29,912 nt of DNA from Oligoflexales bacterium. GTDB lineage: Bacteria; Bdellovibrionota_B; Oligoflexia; Oligoflexales; Bog-1112. Positions 19,348 through 28,000 of the stretch are shown here, piece by piece. Within the stretch, counting starts at the first letter, position 1; each line of letters starts with the position of its first letter. A model generated the notes under the pieces. That model was given only the letters and a program-made list of their open reading frames with translations. It searched no databases and was not told where the DNA came from. The position numbers were made by a program, and so were the translations under genes. The stretch lies in contig JBGCDR010000101.1 in NCBI GenBank assembly GCA_045105515.1, positions 1 through 29,912 of the forward strand, given 5' to 3'.

Positions 19348-21627
19348 TTACTTTTTAGCTGTTGGATCAAAGCACTTACTAGCATCTTTTTCACACGCAT
19401 CTATCTGTAGCAAGGTATCGATGATGTAATTTTCAATTTCTGTTAAGCGAGCAATTAAGCTTGCTACCCTATCTTGAGCTAAAGAAAACAGTGTGGTAGC
19501 GAGAATCCCAACTGCAAACGCTGCTCCACCCCATCGTAAAGCTCGTTTCTGGAGTAGACCTTTATTATTCACTGCATAATTAGATGCACTATTTAAATAT
19601 TTGTTTCTATTTGCAGGTGGAAGATCAGGATTAGATACAGCAACTACTCCAGCACCTCTGGCAAGAGGAGAACCAGCTTTACCGCCAAAAAGATCTTCTG
19701 CATCTGTAACTGATAGTCCACCCCTGAAATTATGCTTGCCATCAAGAATATCTTGAGCCGTCTTAAAACGGCTAGGTTCCTTGGACTGAATAATTTCATC
19801 AAACTCTTCTAAGACTAATTTACGTTGTTCTATCTTCTTTTTTGCCTCTTCTACTGAAATATCATCTGAAATACTGTTTTTAGAAAAGAAATCTTGTCGA
19901 TTAAGCTCAGCATTAATTTGAGCTCTTCTTTCTTGCGTGCCTGCCCCTAATTTATCCCTCGCGTCAACATATGATGTTTTTGCTGCTTCCAACCGTCTAT
20001 TCGCTTCATCAGCTTGAGCTCTATCACCACTCCCATCTGCAGCTTTTTTATCAGCAATAGCTATGTCCAGTTTTCTTCTTTCTTCAGCAGCTTTCCTTAA
20101 ATCGTCACTTGGGTCCGTGAATTTGTTAAGCTCATCAGCTAAGCCCTGTTGTTTTACCAAGTTTTCCTTGGTTTCAAGTTTAATTTGCTCAGAAATATTC
20201 TTGTTATATTCTTGCTTAATTTCTGGTGTTGCTTTTTTATAATTTTCCTCATTAAATGACCCATCTGCGTTTAAAATACCTTTGTTTTTTCCATCTTCAT
20301 CTACAACCTTTATATCTGCGTCATACTTTCTTGCCTTATACTTATCGTATCCTATAGAAGCCAAACCACCTGTCAGAGCAACAGCCCCAACTGCTATCGA
20401 AAGACCCCCAGTTACTTTCCAAAATTTTCCCTCACTTTGTTCAGAATTTGAGGGACCAACTACACAGCTAGTAAATTGAGGCTCAAGTAGTGGGTCAATT
20501 ACATAGGGTTCATCATCCTTGGGATAGACCATGCATTCTTTCGAATCAAAAAGCCATTTTACTTCACCACATTCAAGGTCTGCATATTCACGCCCACGGA
20601 CCAGGCAAAGCTCTTGTAGCTCTTCACTATTGTCAGTTTCATCACTGTCCGTTGCAACTTCTTCTGTCTCATCTTCATCATCGTCTAAGGGATTCTCAGG
20701 AGGTGTGTAATCCCCTGGGTCATCATCATAAGGATTATCAAGCGGATCATAGGTAAAGTCATCATCAGGCAAACAGTCATCGTCTGAATTAGTAAGCTGC
20801 AATCTTGAATCATCTTTTTTAGAAGCCTTTTGCTGGCTATATTGAATAATGCTTTGCGCATATTCAAGGCCATTTGCTCTTAATTCAATAAGAAATGCTT
20901 CAAAACCATCATTTTTAAGCTGAAGATAGGCAGGATATTCTATTTGAGGTTGTTTGGAACCTTTTATAATTTCATCAAATATATTCCAAGCTGCCCAGGC
21001 TGCTCTTTCAAGTCTGTTATCAAGTTCAATTAAATAGAGGTTTTGCTGGTCCGAACCAGAGCTTAACTGTAAACCCGATGTTTTGGGTTGGATCTGAATG
21101 AAATCATGCACATCTTCAGAACAGTAGTAATCCCTCTCAGCCCTGCTTGCACCAAAGCTTCTTTTAGGTCCATTAGTACCTTCACAACGCCCATCGCTCT
21201 CATTGCAGCAAGCAAAAGTAGTTACTTTTGCGGTTCCTGCTTCAAGCTGAGAATTTCTCAGGTCTAGATAAGTTTCAAGGAGATATGTCTTACAAGCATT
21301 TTCTTGCTCTTGATAGCAAACTTCGTAAGCAATAAGATCAGCTGCTGGAGCAGAGACAGGCTCGTTTACTACGACTGTATAAGCATCTCCCGAAGGAATA
21401 AATCTAATACTATCAACTTTTAACTTGTTGGGATTAACTTTCACTTTTTCAGCAAGAGCTAAAGGAAAAGCGCACGCATCATCATCGTCGAAATCTGCCC
21501 CCGGAGTCTCTGGACCAATGGGGTTAGGGTTTCCTAGGGTTCGCGTAGTAGTCTTCTTTTTACAACTGATTATTGTAAAAGCCATAAAGCAGCTTAGCAA
21601 AATATAAATGCCGCTTGATTTTGACAT
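19348..21627 (-). CDS. large hypothetical lipoprotein with Cys-rich domains, acidic linker, two Gly-rich hydrophobic helices and a coiled coil
   Basis: ATG 21627 with GGAG RBS; lipobox ...FTIIS-C; hydrophobic segments GGLSIAVGAVALTGGLASIG and WGGAAFAVGILATTLFSLA; the ORF extends to 21654. Confidence 0.85.
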   Translation of the reverse strand: MSKSSGIYILLSCFMAFTIISCKKKTTTRTLGNPNPIGPETPGADFDDDDACAFPLALAEKVKVNPNKLKVDSIRFIPSGDAYTVVVNEPVSAPAADLIAYEVCYQEQENACKTYLLETYLDLRNSQLEAGTAKVTTFACCNESDGRCEGTNGPKRSFGASRAERDYYCSEDVHDFIQIQPKTSGLQLSSGSDQQNLYLIELDNRLERAAWAAWNIFDEIIKGSKQPQIEYPAYLQLKNDGFEAFLIELRANGLEYAQSIIQYSQQKASKKDDSRLQLTNSDDDCLPDDDFTYDPLDNPYDDDPGDYTPPENPLDDDEDETEEVATDSDETDNSEELQELCLVRGREYADLECGEVKWLFDSKECMVYPKDDEPYVIDPLLEPQFTSCVVGPSNSEQSEGKFWKVTGGLSIAVGAVALTGGLASIGYDKYKARKYDADIKVVDEDGKNKGILNADGSFNEENYKKATPEIKQEYNKNISEQIKLETKENLVKQQGLADELNKFTDPSDDLRKAAEERRKLDIAIADKKAADGSGDRAQADEANRRLEAAKTSYVDARDKLGAGTQERRAQINAELNRQDFFSKNSISDDISVEEAKKKIEQRKLVLEEFDEIIQSKEPSRFKTAQDILDGKHNFRGGLSVTDAEDLFGGKAGSPLARGAGVVAVSNPDLPPANRNKYLNSASNYAVNNKGLLQKRALRWGGAAFAVGILATTLFSLAQDRVASLIARLTEIENYIIDTLLQIDACEKDASKCFDPTAKK

Positions 21628-21665
21628 GTTTTTCTCCGTGTTACTGATCTCCATCCTCGACGTGG

Positions 21666-21692
21666 TTTTCGGAATATATTCTCAGTTCTTTA
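21666..21692 (-). promoter_or_regulatory. sigma28-like promoter candidate
   Basis: Minus strand TAAA-N15-TCCGAAAA, 38 nt upstream of ATG 21627. Confidence 0.7.
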
Positions 21693-22053
21693 GTAAGATC
21701 TCGTACATAACTGAATATATTCAACTTGTTCCTAAGCCCCATAATCGCAAGCCAATTTTTTGGAACGAAATAAACCATTGTAATATCTATATGTTAAATG
21801 GTAGCGAATTGTATCGAGGAATTCATAAAATTTTGCTTCCTACCCATCAAACGACCGATCTGCAGTTTAAGTTTATTTAATGAGCAAAATTCAAGAACAA
21901 AAATATGAAGTAGTAAAAACATCAAACCTAGGCAACAGATACCAAGAGAAACCTAATGCCTATAAATGACACAATCAGATATTGTCCCTTCAAAAGCTGA
22001 GTACATCTATGTTAAGATCAAGGCTTTATTTTTAATGTCAAAAAAGGTTTGTT

Positions 22054-22479
22054 TTGAAGTTTAAAAATGGTCAACAACTATCAGTCTCAGACAACACATT
22101 TACGATCGTCGGACAATTTCAATCGGATTGTGTTTTCTTCATGTCTAAAGTGGCACAAAGGAGCCAGAAAAAACTTCTCAAAACTCGAAAGCAGTTCAAC
22201 GTACCTCTTCCTTCACCCTGCCGGCAAACTTCTATAGATGCAGGTGACTTTATATTAATAAAACCTGAAAAAAATTGGACTATTCGCCAAGGTAAGCTCT
22301 TTAGATTTGATCAGTATGACTTAGCTACTTTTAAACCCATACTCCTTTATAAAGCGAAGGTGGAGCATTGTTTAATCGCAATAAAGATTTGTGGGTCATT
22401 AGAAAAGAAGGATATGGTTGTCCAACTAACAAATATCATCCCGTCTGGAAATTATGTTCTAATAAGAATAATGAATTAA
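22054..22479 (+). CDS. hypothetical basic protein
   Basis: 141-codon ORF filling an otherwise empty interval; TTG start with AAGG upstream; no recognised motif. Confidence 0.5.
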   Translation: MKFKNGQQLSVSDNTFTIVGQFQSDCVFFMSKVAQRSQKKLLKTRKQFNVPLPSPCRQTSIDAGDFILIKPEKNWTIRQGKLFRFDQYDLATFKPILLYKAKVEHCLIAIKICGSLEKKDMVVQLTNIIPSGNYVLIRIMN

Positions 22480-22531
22480 AAACTTAGATAAAAAACTCAA
22501 ACCGCTTAAGAGAATCACAACTCCCATCAGC

Positions 22532-23947
22532 CTAATCAAGTGCCAAATTCAACTCCCCCGCCTTAATAGCTTTATTAATCTTCATATTTTCTAATTTACG
22601 TTTAAAACTAAGTTTTTTAGGAGCTTGGACGACAAAATCATTTAATTTTTGGTAGTAAGTTCCACGCATTAACAAACGATCCACTATAGCTTGAAAAACC
22701 ATAAATTTGTAGCGAACATTAATAAATTCAGAATGAAAGAGTAGAATAGAATCAGTGGCATCAAGAAATTCTTGGGCATCATATTCTCCACCTTCAAAAA
22801 ATTTACGCTTAAGTAGCTGATACCAGTTTTTGGCATTTTCTAACCCCGTACCAATATTCTTGTAGTAATCCAAAGCGGTATTATAGTCTCGTGCGACTTT
22901 GTAGATCGCTAATTTCAGATTAGCACGTAACTCTTCTAGCTTTATTTCCAGTTCACGAGTTTGTGAACGTCCTATTCTGAACTGGCTGAGATAACCATAG
23001 CCAAGAGAAGTCTTCTCGTTTCCATAAGGGTTGAGAAAGTCAAACATCCGTGAACGCGCGCTGTACCTAGTCGCTGCCAGTAAATAGCGAAACTGCATAA
23101 TTTCTGGAGAATTCTCTAAAACAACAGACTCCAAATCGCTTGCTGTGATTTTCTCCATGTCATCTAAGTTTGGAAAGGGAATTATTTCAATTCCGAAGTC
23201 GTTCCAATTGTCCTCATCTAAATCAATTACAAATGCCAACTGATAGTATGAATTCTGAATGCTTGCCTCTAATTGCTGCTGATCAGAAATCAACATTAAG
23301 TAAATATTTTCGATCTTTAATTTTTCATCTAAACGATCCTCACCATGTTCCAAGCGTGCAGTTGCTTGAATGAGTAATTCTTTGAGGTTTTCTCGATAAT
23401 CTGCAAACATATCATGCATAGCTCTTAAGAAATTGATTTGATAGGCTAACGCAAATAATCCATTCACTTGATTTGCTTGCAAGACCTGGTGGCCCCACCT
23501 TTCAGCTTGCAAAAACAACTTACTTTCTTCAAATTTGAACCAATTACTAGGAAATATAAAACCTATCATCTGGGATGCGAAAGAAAACAAGTCATTATTA
23601 GCCGCTGCTTGCCCAGTGGCAAAACTTAGGTTAGGTAACAGCTTGCCAATCTCAAGATTAACTTTGTGTTTGGCTTGATACACTCTTTCTGCGTTTAGTC
23701 GGAGGGTAAAATTCTGCTCAAGCAGCCTCGTAAGCAAAAAATCTAGATCATACTCATTCTTAAAATTAATACTTAGCTTGTCTCCCCCTTCAAATCTTTT
23801 ACAACTATGAAGCTGAGCTTTTGATAATTTTTTATGGAAATGGTAGGAGTTTAAATTAGGATCATGAAGAGCTTGCTTGTCTTTTGCTGCGGAGAGATTC
23901 CCTACGAAACCGGAAAAAATAAGCACTATGAACAAACAAAATTTCAT
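22532..23947 (-). CDS. TolC-family outer membrane channel protein
   Basis: Signal peptide; two OEP-like helical repeats (LLEQNFTL...GKLLPNLSF...RLEHGE and VLENSPEI...RKFFEGG...); 471 aa. Confidence 0.8.
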   Translation of the reverse strand: MKFCLFIVLIFSGFVGNLSAAKDKQALHDPNLNSYHFHKKLSKAQLHSCKRFEGGDKLSINFKNEYDLDFLLTRLLEQNFTLRLNAERVYQAKHKVNLEIGKLLPNLSFATGQAAANNDLFSFASQMIGFIFPSNWFKFEESKLFLQAERWGHQVLQANQVNGLFALAYQINFLRAMHDMFADYRENLKELLIQATARLEHGEDRLDEKLKIENIYLMLISDQQQLEASIQNSYYQLAFVIDLDEDNWNDFGIEIIPFPNLDDMEKITASDLESVVLENSPEIMQFRYLLAATRYSARSRMFDFLNPYGNEKTSLGYGYLSQFRIGRSQTRELEIKLEELRANLKLAIYKVARDYNTALDYYKNIGTGLENAKNWYQLLKRKFFEGGEYDAQEFLDATDSILLFHSEFINVRYKFMVFQAIVDRLLMRGTYYQKLNDFVVQAPKKLSFKRKLENMKINKAIKAGELNLALD

Positions 23948-23957
23948 AGATTTCCCT

Positions 23958-25574
23958 CTAACTGTCGCTTTGTCCCAGATGCTTAAAATTCTCCAGCCTC
24001 ATCGGAAGCATCCGCACTCCCCAACGGGAATTTGATGGCCAAAAAAGCCCCACATCATCTGCATAGATACTACCTGTGACCATCCTTTTATCAGATAAAC
24101 GAAAAGCAATGCTACCAGAATAAAAGTCATAGACACCCGCCTCTATTGTCTTCATTTCAGTAATACCTGGCATATAGGCACTACCATATAATTGGACTGG
24201 AAAAAAAATTGATATATCGATAGGATCCCGATCTTCGAGCCCAAATATCTCATATTGCCACATACCACTCCTATAGGAACCAAGCCCACTTTTTAACCTA
24301 GGGCCCTCAACTAAAAATGGGATTTGAGTCCCTTTTCGAGTCAACATGAAAGGTCCCACAACGCCAAAGGTCCTTGAGATCCACTGACCCAAAATGAGAT
24401 CTTTTTGCCAGTATTCAATTTTAGCAAGGACATCCAAGCCTGAATCCCAAATCATATAAGGAACTTGAGGGTTATAGTCAAATTTTCTAAATGGAACGGA
24501 AATTTTAAAATCGCGATTAACATCAGGCTGATCAAAGTGGAGCCAGGCACTTGGATAAAAATGAATATGATCTGAGTCTGTTGCCTGCCTAATTGACTCC
24601 ACACTCACGTCCATGAACTGATAGCGGTTTAACTGACTATGGTATAAAAAACCTTCGTAGTAACCATCAATATGATCTTTTATAAAATTTTCCGAATGCT
24701 TATTAGAATTTCGCCATTTTTCTATTTTTTCTACAATATTGTTACGTAGCTCATCACTTGATTTATGAGCAATATCTAGATCAACGGTTTTTTTCAGTTT
24801 ACAGCCTTCTAAGTCTAGAAAAGGATAGTCAAGGGAAAGCCGAACATTGTTAGGATTACCAGTTACCTTGATCAAGCCTGTATATGGGTTGAAGGTTCCA
24901 TCAACAAAGGTGTTTTCTATGCAGATGCAGTTTTCATCCCCACATGATCCATCGGCACTTCCAACTCGCCCACTGAATCTATATCCATAGAATGGAGTTT
25001 GTATTGGCTCTACAATAGAAAACCACTTACTTGCTTCTATCTGCAGGTACTTCATTTTACCCAAGCAATCACCTTCATATTGACCTGACAGCAAAGGAAA
25101 AGTTGGCATATCACGTAAATATGCATAGTCCTCAAAACTATTGAGAGTTTCCTCTATCGGCTCCGAAGATTCCGGGGCAAGCCGATGTAATAAAACCATA
25201 CCTTTCTCATACCCACTAATGCTGCGAAACTTTCCCTTGAGTATGTGGTGGCTTAGCTCTAACTCGAATAAAGACAAGTCCCAATCATCGCTATTTAAGG
25301 TAATCTCCCTACAGTTATTTATACATTTTACGTTCTTGTAGTATTGGGATACATATTCATGAGAATTAAAATCACCAAGATTCATCCTTAGAATTGCCGA
25401 ATATGACTCAGGGCTCACTTTAAAAAAATCTAGCTGGAGTGGAATCTTTAGCTCTTTCTTATCTGGTAGCAAATATCCTCTAAATCGTCCTTCAACCTTA
25501 TCTTCTGCAAACGAACTTACGCTCATTAAATGAATAAAAATTGTCACCATAGCAGGGAAAACTAATCTATACAT
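23958..25574 (-). CDS. secreted beta-rich hypothetical protein with internal duplication
   Basis: Signal peptide ending SFA; repeated GxY/FxG strand starts; 10 nt upstream of the TolC-family gene. Confidence 0.8.
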   Translation of the reverse strand: MYRLVFPAMVTIFIHLMSVSSFAEDKVEGRFRGYLLPDKKELKIPLQLDFFKVSPESYSAILRMNLGDFNSHEYVSQYYKNVKCINNCREITLNSDDWDLSLFELELSHHILKGKFRSISGYEKGMVLLHRLAPESSEPIEETLNSFEDYAYLRDMPTFPLLSGQYEGDCLGKMKYLQIEASKWFSIVEPIQTPFYGYRFSGRVGSADGSCGDENCICIENTFVDGTFNPYTGLIKVTGNPNNVRLSLDYPFLDLEGCKLKKTVDLDIAHKSSDELRNNIVEKIEKWRNSNKHSENFIKDHIDGYYEGFLYHSQLNRYQFMDVSVESIRQATDSDHIHFYPSAWLHFDQPDVNRDFKISVPFRKFDYNPQVPYMIWDSGLDVLAKIEYWQKDLILGQWISRTFGVVGPFMLTRKGTQIPFLVEGPRLKSGLGSYRSGMWQYEIFGLEDRDPIDISIFFPVQLYGSAYMPGITEMKTIEAGVYDFYSGSIAFRLSDKRMVTGSIYADDVGLFWPSNSRWGVRMLPMRLENFKHLGQSDS

Positions 25575-25743
25575 GGCAATAAAAATCCGTGTTGAGTTAC
25601 TCAGCTAAAGACTTGACAGAATAACACCAAGTAATTAGAAACAAAAGAAGTTCAAATCATCCGGAAAAAATGCATATATAAAATTACTGATCATCATAGA
25701 AGTGTGTAGTGAATAATCGAATATTTTACAGTTGGATTAGCTC

Positions 25744-27948
25744 TTAAGGAGAGGTGACAGAAAGATTAAATTCTTGCATATCTGTTGCACCTGAGTCATC
25801 AGTGACACTTATTTTTATCTGATGCTGACCAGTGGAAATATTATCAGATGGCCACCTTAACTCCCCAGTATTTGCATCTATAAGCATTCCAGCAGGCCCT
25901 TCATCGAGTCTATAAGTCAGTGGATCTTGATCCAAATCCTCTGCTACTGCAGAATACACATATGCCGTATTGTCAAAAAGCTGAAGAGATGTCTCCATTC
26001 TAAATCTAGATCGAGCTGTATGACGTTCAGCAAAAAACAAATGAAAATCATAGTCTTGACCAATCGACAATCCTAAGTTGTCAATATTTACAGTATCTGT
26101 CTCCTCCCCATGAACTCCACCAAGATCAAGCACCAGCTTGCGGTCGATAAAAACCCATAGATCGTCATCGCCAGTAAACGTAAATACTTCACCACCTTGG
26201 TAAGTGAATTTTGTATTCAGTTCCATAGTAAAGTGAAAGTTTCTTACCTGACCATCGTGAGAAATCGAGCCTTGGTTTAGAAAACCCTGATTATCGATTG
26301 GAAAAAAATCTTGGTTATTGTAGCCGAAGATTCCTGGTACGCCAGTCTGCATTAATAATATATTCTTTGCAATGTTAATATTGGTACCAGGCACATCCTG
26401 ATACCATTGACTAAAGGTATTAGCATTAGTAACGTGTACACCGTTAACACCATCAAAAATCGGTTTATCACTTTGTCCCAACTGTTGCTGCACAAGCCCT
26501 TTTGCTAGTCCATTATTATAATTCTGAAAGTCACTATGTTCTCTTCTAAAGTCTCTTACGGTCGCTAGAAGGCTAATCTCAGCGCCATTTTTTGGATAGT
26601 AGGTATGGGTCGCAATTGCTTGACTAATAAACCTAGGACTTCGGTTTACTACGTCTACCTTAATTTCTTCCTCATTAGATTCTGCAGCTCCATCACTTGC
26701 CTTAAACCTTAGCGTATCATTGCCAGCATATTTTTTATTGGGTTTGTATGCAATGATAGGAAAACGTTCCATTATGGTTCCATTTGCTGGGCCACTAATA
26801 ATGTTAAAGGTCAATGAGTGATTATCAGAATCATTCACTAACTCAGTCAAATTAATCTCAATGTAGTCATCAGTATTCTTATATACCTGAATTTTTTTTC
26901 CAACTGCTACAGGTGCCGAATTATTTAATGTGACTTGAACCATTCCCGTACTGCTTGCAAAACCATCAGTTACTGAAAAGGGGAAAGAAATACTTCCAAC
27001 ATAATTTTTTGGAGGACTGTAATTAAATAACCCAGTGTGAGGATCAAAATTGCTGATCACCCCATCCTTACTATCGAGCTCCAAGCTGTAAGTTAAGGTA
27101 TCATTATCTAGGTCAGAACCAAGTAGCTTAATGTCGATTGCTTGATCTTTAATTGCTTCGACAAAAACATCTACACTCTTAGGATTTTCGTTACCAACAC
27201 TTATACTTATTTCACCAATTTCTGATTGAAGGTCTCCATCGGTAGCATAATATTCTAAAGAGAACTCTCCAACAAACTGTTTAGCTAAAACAAGCTGTAT
27301 GGATCCCGTCCCCACATCTATATTATGGTAGGATACAAACTCATCCAACTTATCACTTTTTAAATGATAAATCAGCTTGTCGCCATCTAAATCCTTGCCA
27401 AGAAGCATGATCGATACACTTGTATCTTTAGGAGTTGTGATGTCAATTTTCTCAACGCTAGGAGGCCGATTAACAATATCAATCAATACTTCTGCGACGC
27501 TTACACCCTGGCTTCCGTCACTTACACCTACCTCAAAACTATCTATTTTACCATTACCATTATCAGTCCTATAAGTTAGTCTTCCAGTTTTTTTATCAAA
27601 TTGTTTAACTTCCCCTAAGCTTGGGAATTTTAATAGTCTATATTCCAATATATCTTTATCTGGATCTTCAACCTCCAACTGAATTACTAGGTCTTGATTA
27701 ACAAAAGTTTTGAAAGTCTTATTAACAACCTTAGGCAAAGAGTTATTCTTGGTCCGAATGACAAAATTTTCAACCGGTTTTATTTCTATTTCAACTTCTT
27801 TTTTGACCTCACCTTCAACATTTCCAGAAGACTTTTTCTCACTTTTCTTTACCGTCTTTTTCGTAGAGCTGTCGCCATAAAATACTGAATCATTACATGC
27901 AAAGGTAATTATTGTAAAGAGAACTAGCACTACATTTATGTTCAACAT
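25744..27948 (-). CDS. surface lipoprotein with tandem cadherin-like/Ig repeats and a fibro-slime (PA14-like) domain
   Basis: MLNINVVLVLFTIITFA-C lipobox; four repeats of the NxxP...D.D.D.L.Y...P..G...Y.P...F...DG type; fibro-slime motifs TVRDF, HSDF, FSQWY, FFPID, NFHFTME, FTGDDDLWVFIDRKLVLDLGGVH, LFFAERHT. The ORF extends to 28017. Confidence 0.9.
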   Translation of the reverse strand: MLNINVVLVLFTIITFACNDSVFYGDSSTKKTVKKSEKKSSGNVEGEVKKEVEIEIKPVENFVIRTKNNSLPKVVNKTFKTFVNQDLVIQLEVEDPDKDILEYRLLKFPSLGEVKQFDKKTGRLTYRTDNGNGKIDSFEVGVSDGSQGVSVAEVLIDIVNRPPSVEKIDITTPKDTSVSIMLLGKDLDGDKLIYHLKSDKLDEFVSYHNIDVGTGSIQLVLAKQFVGEFSLEYYATDGDLQSEIGEISISVGNENPKSVDVFVEAIKDQAIDIKLLGSDLDNDTLTYSLELDSKDGVISNFDPHTGLFNYSPPKNYVGSISFPFSVTDGFASSTGMVQVTLNNSAPVAVGKKIQVYKNTDDYIEINLTELVNDSDNHSLTFNIISGPANGTIMERFPIIAYKPNKKYAGNDTLRFKASDGAAESNEEEIKVDVVNRSPRFISQAIATHTYYPKNGAEISLLATVRDFRREHSDFQNYNNGLAKGLVQQQLGQSDKPIFDGVNGVHVTNANTFSQWYQDVPGTNINIAKNILLMQTGVPGIFGYNNQDFFPIDNQGFLNQGSISHDGQVRNFHFTMELNTKFTYQGGEVFTFTGDDDLWVFIDRKLVLDLGGVHGEETDTVNIDNLGLSIGQDYDFHLFFAERHTARSRFRMETSLQLFDNTAYVYSAVAEDLDQDPLTYRLDEGPAGMLIDANTGELRWPSDNISTGQHQIKISVTDDSGATDMQEFNLSVTSP

Positions 27949-28000
27949 TTCAAATTCCACAAGTAAAATTGTTAATCTTAATATCTTGTAAGCCCAATAA

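Noticed and set aside
21608..21880. 90-aa plus-strand ORF
   Set aside because: Antisense to the promoter and start of the large lipoprotein; no RBS or motif.
25714..25740. CTAA-N15-TTCGATTA on the minus strand upstream of the 538-aa/TolC pair
   Set aside because: The -10 element is too divergent to call as a sigma28 promoter.
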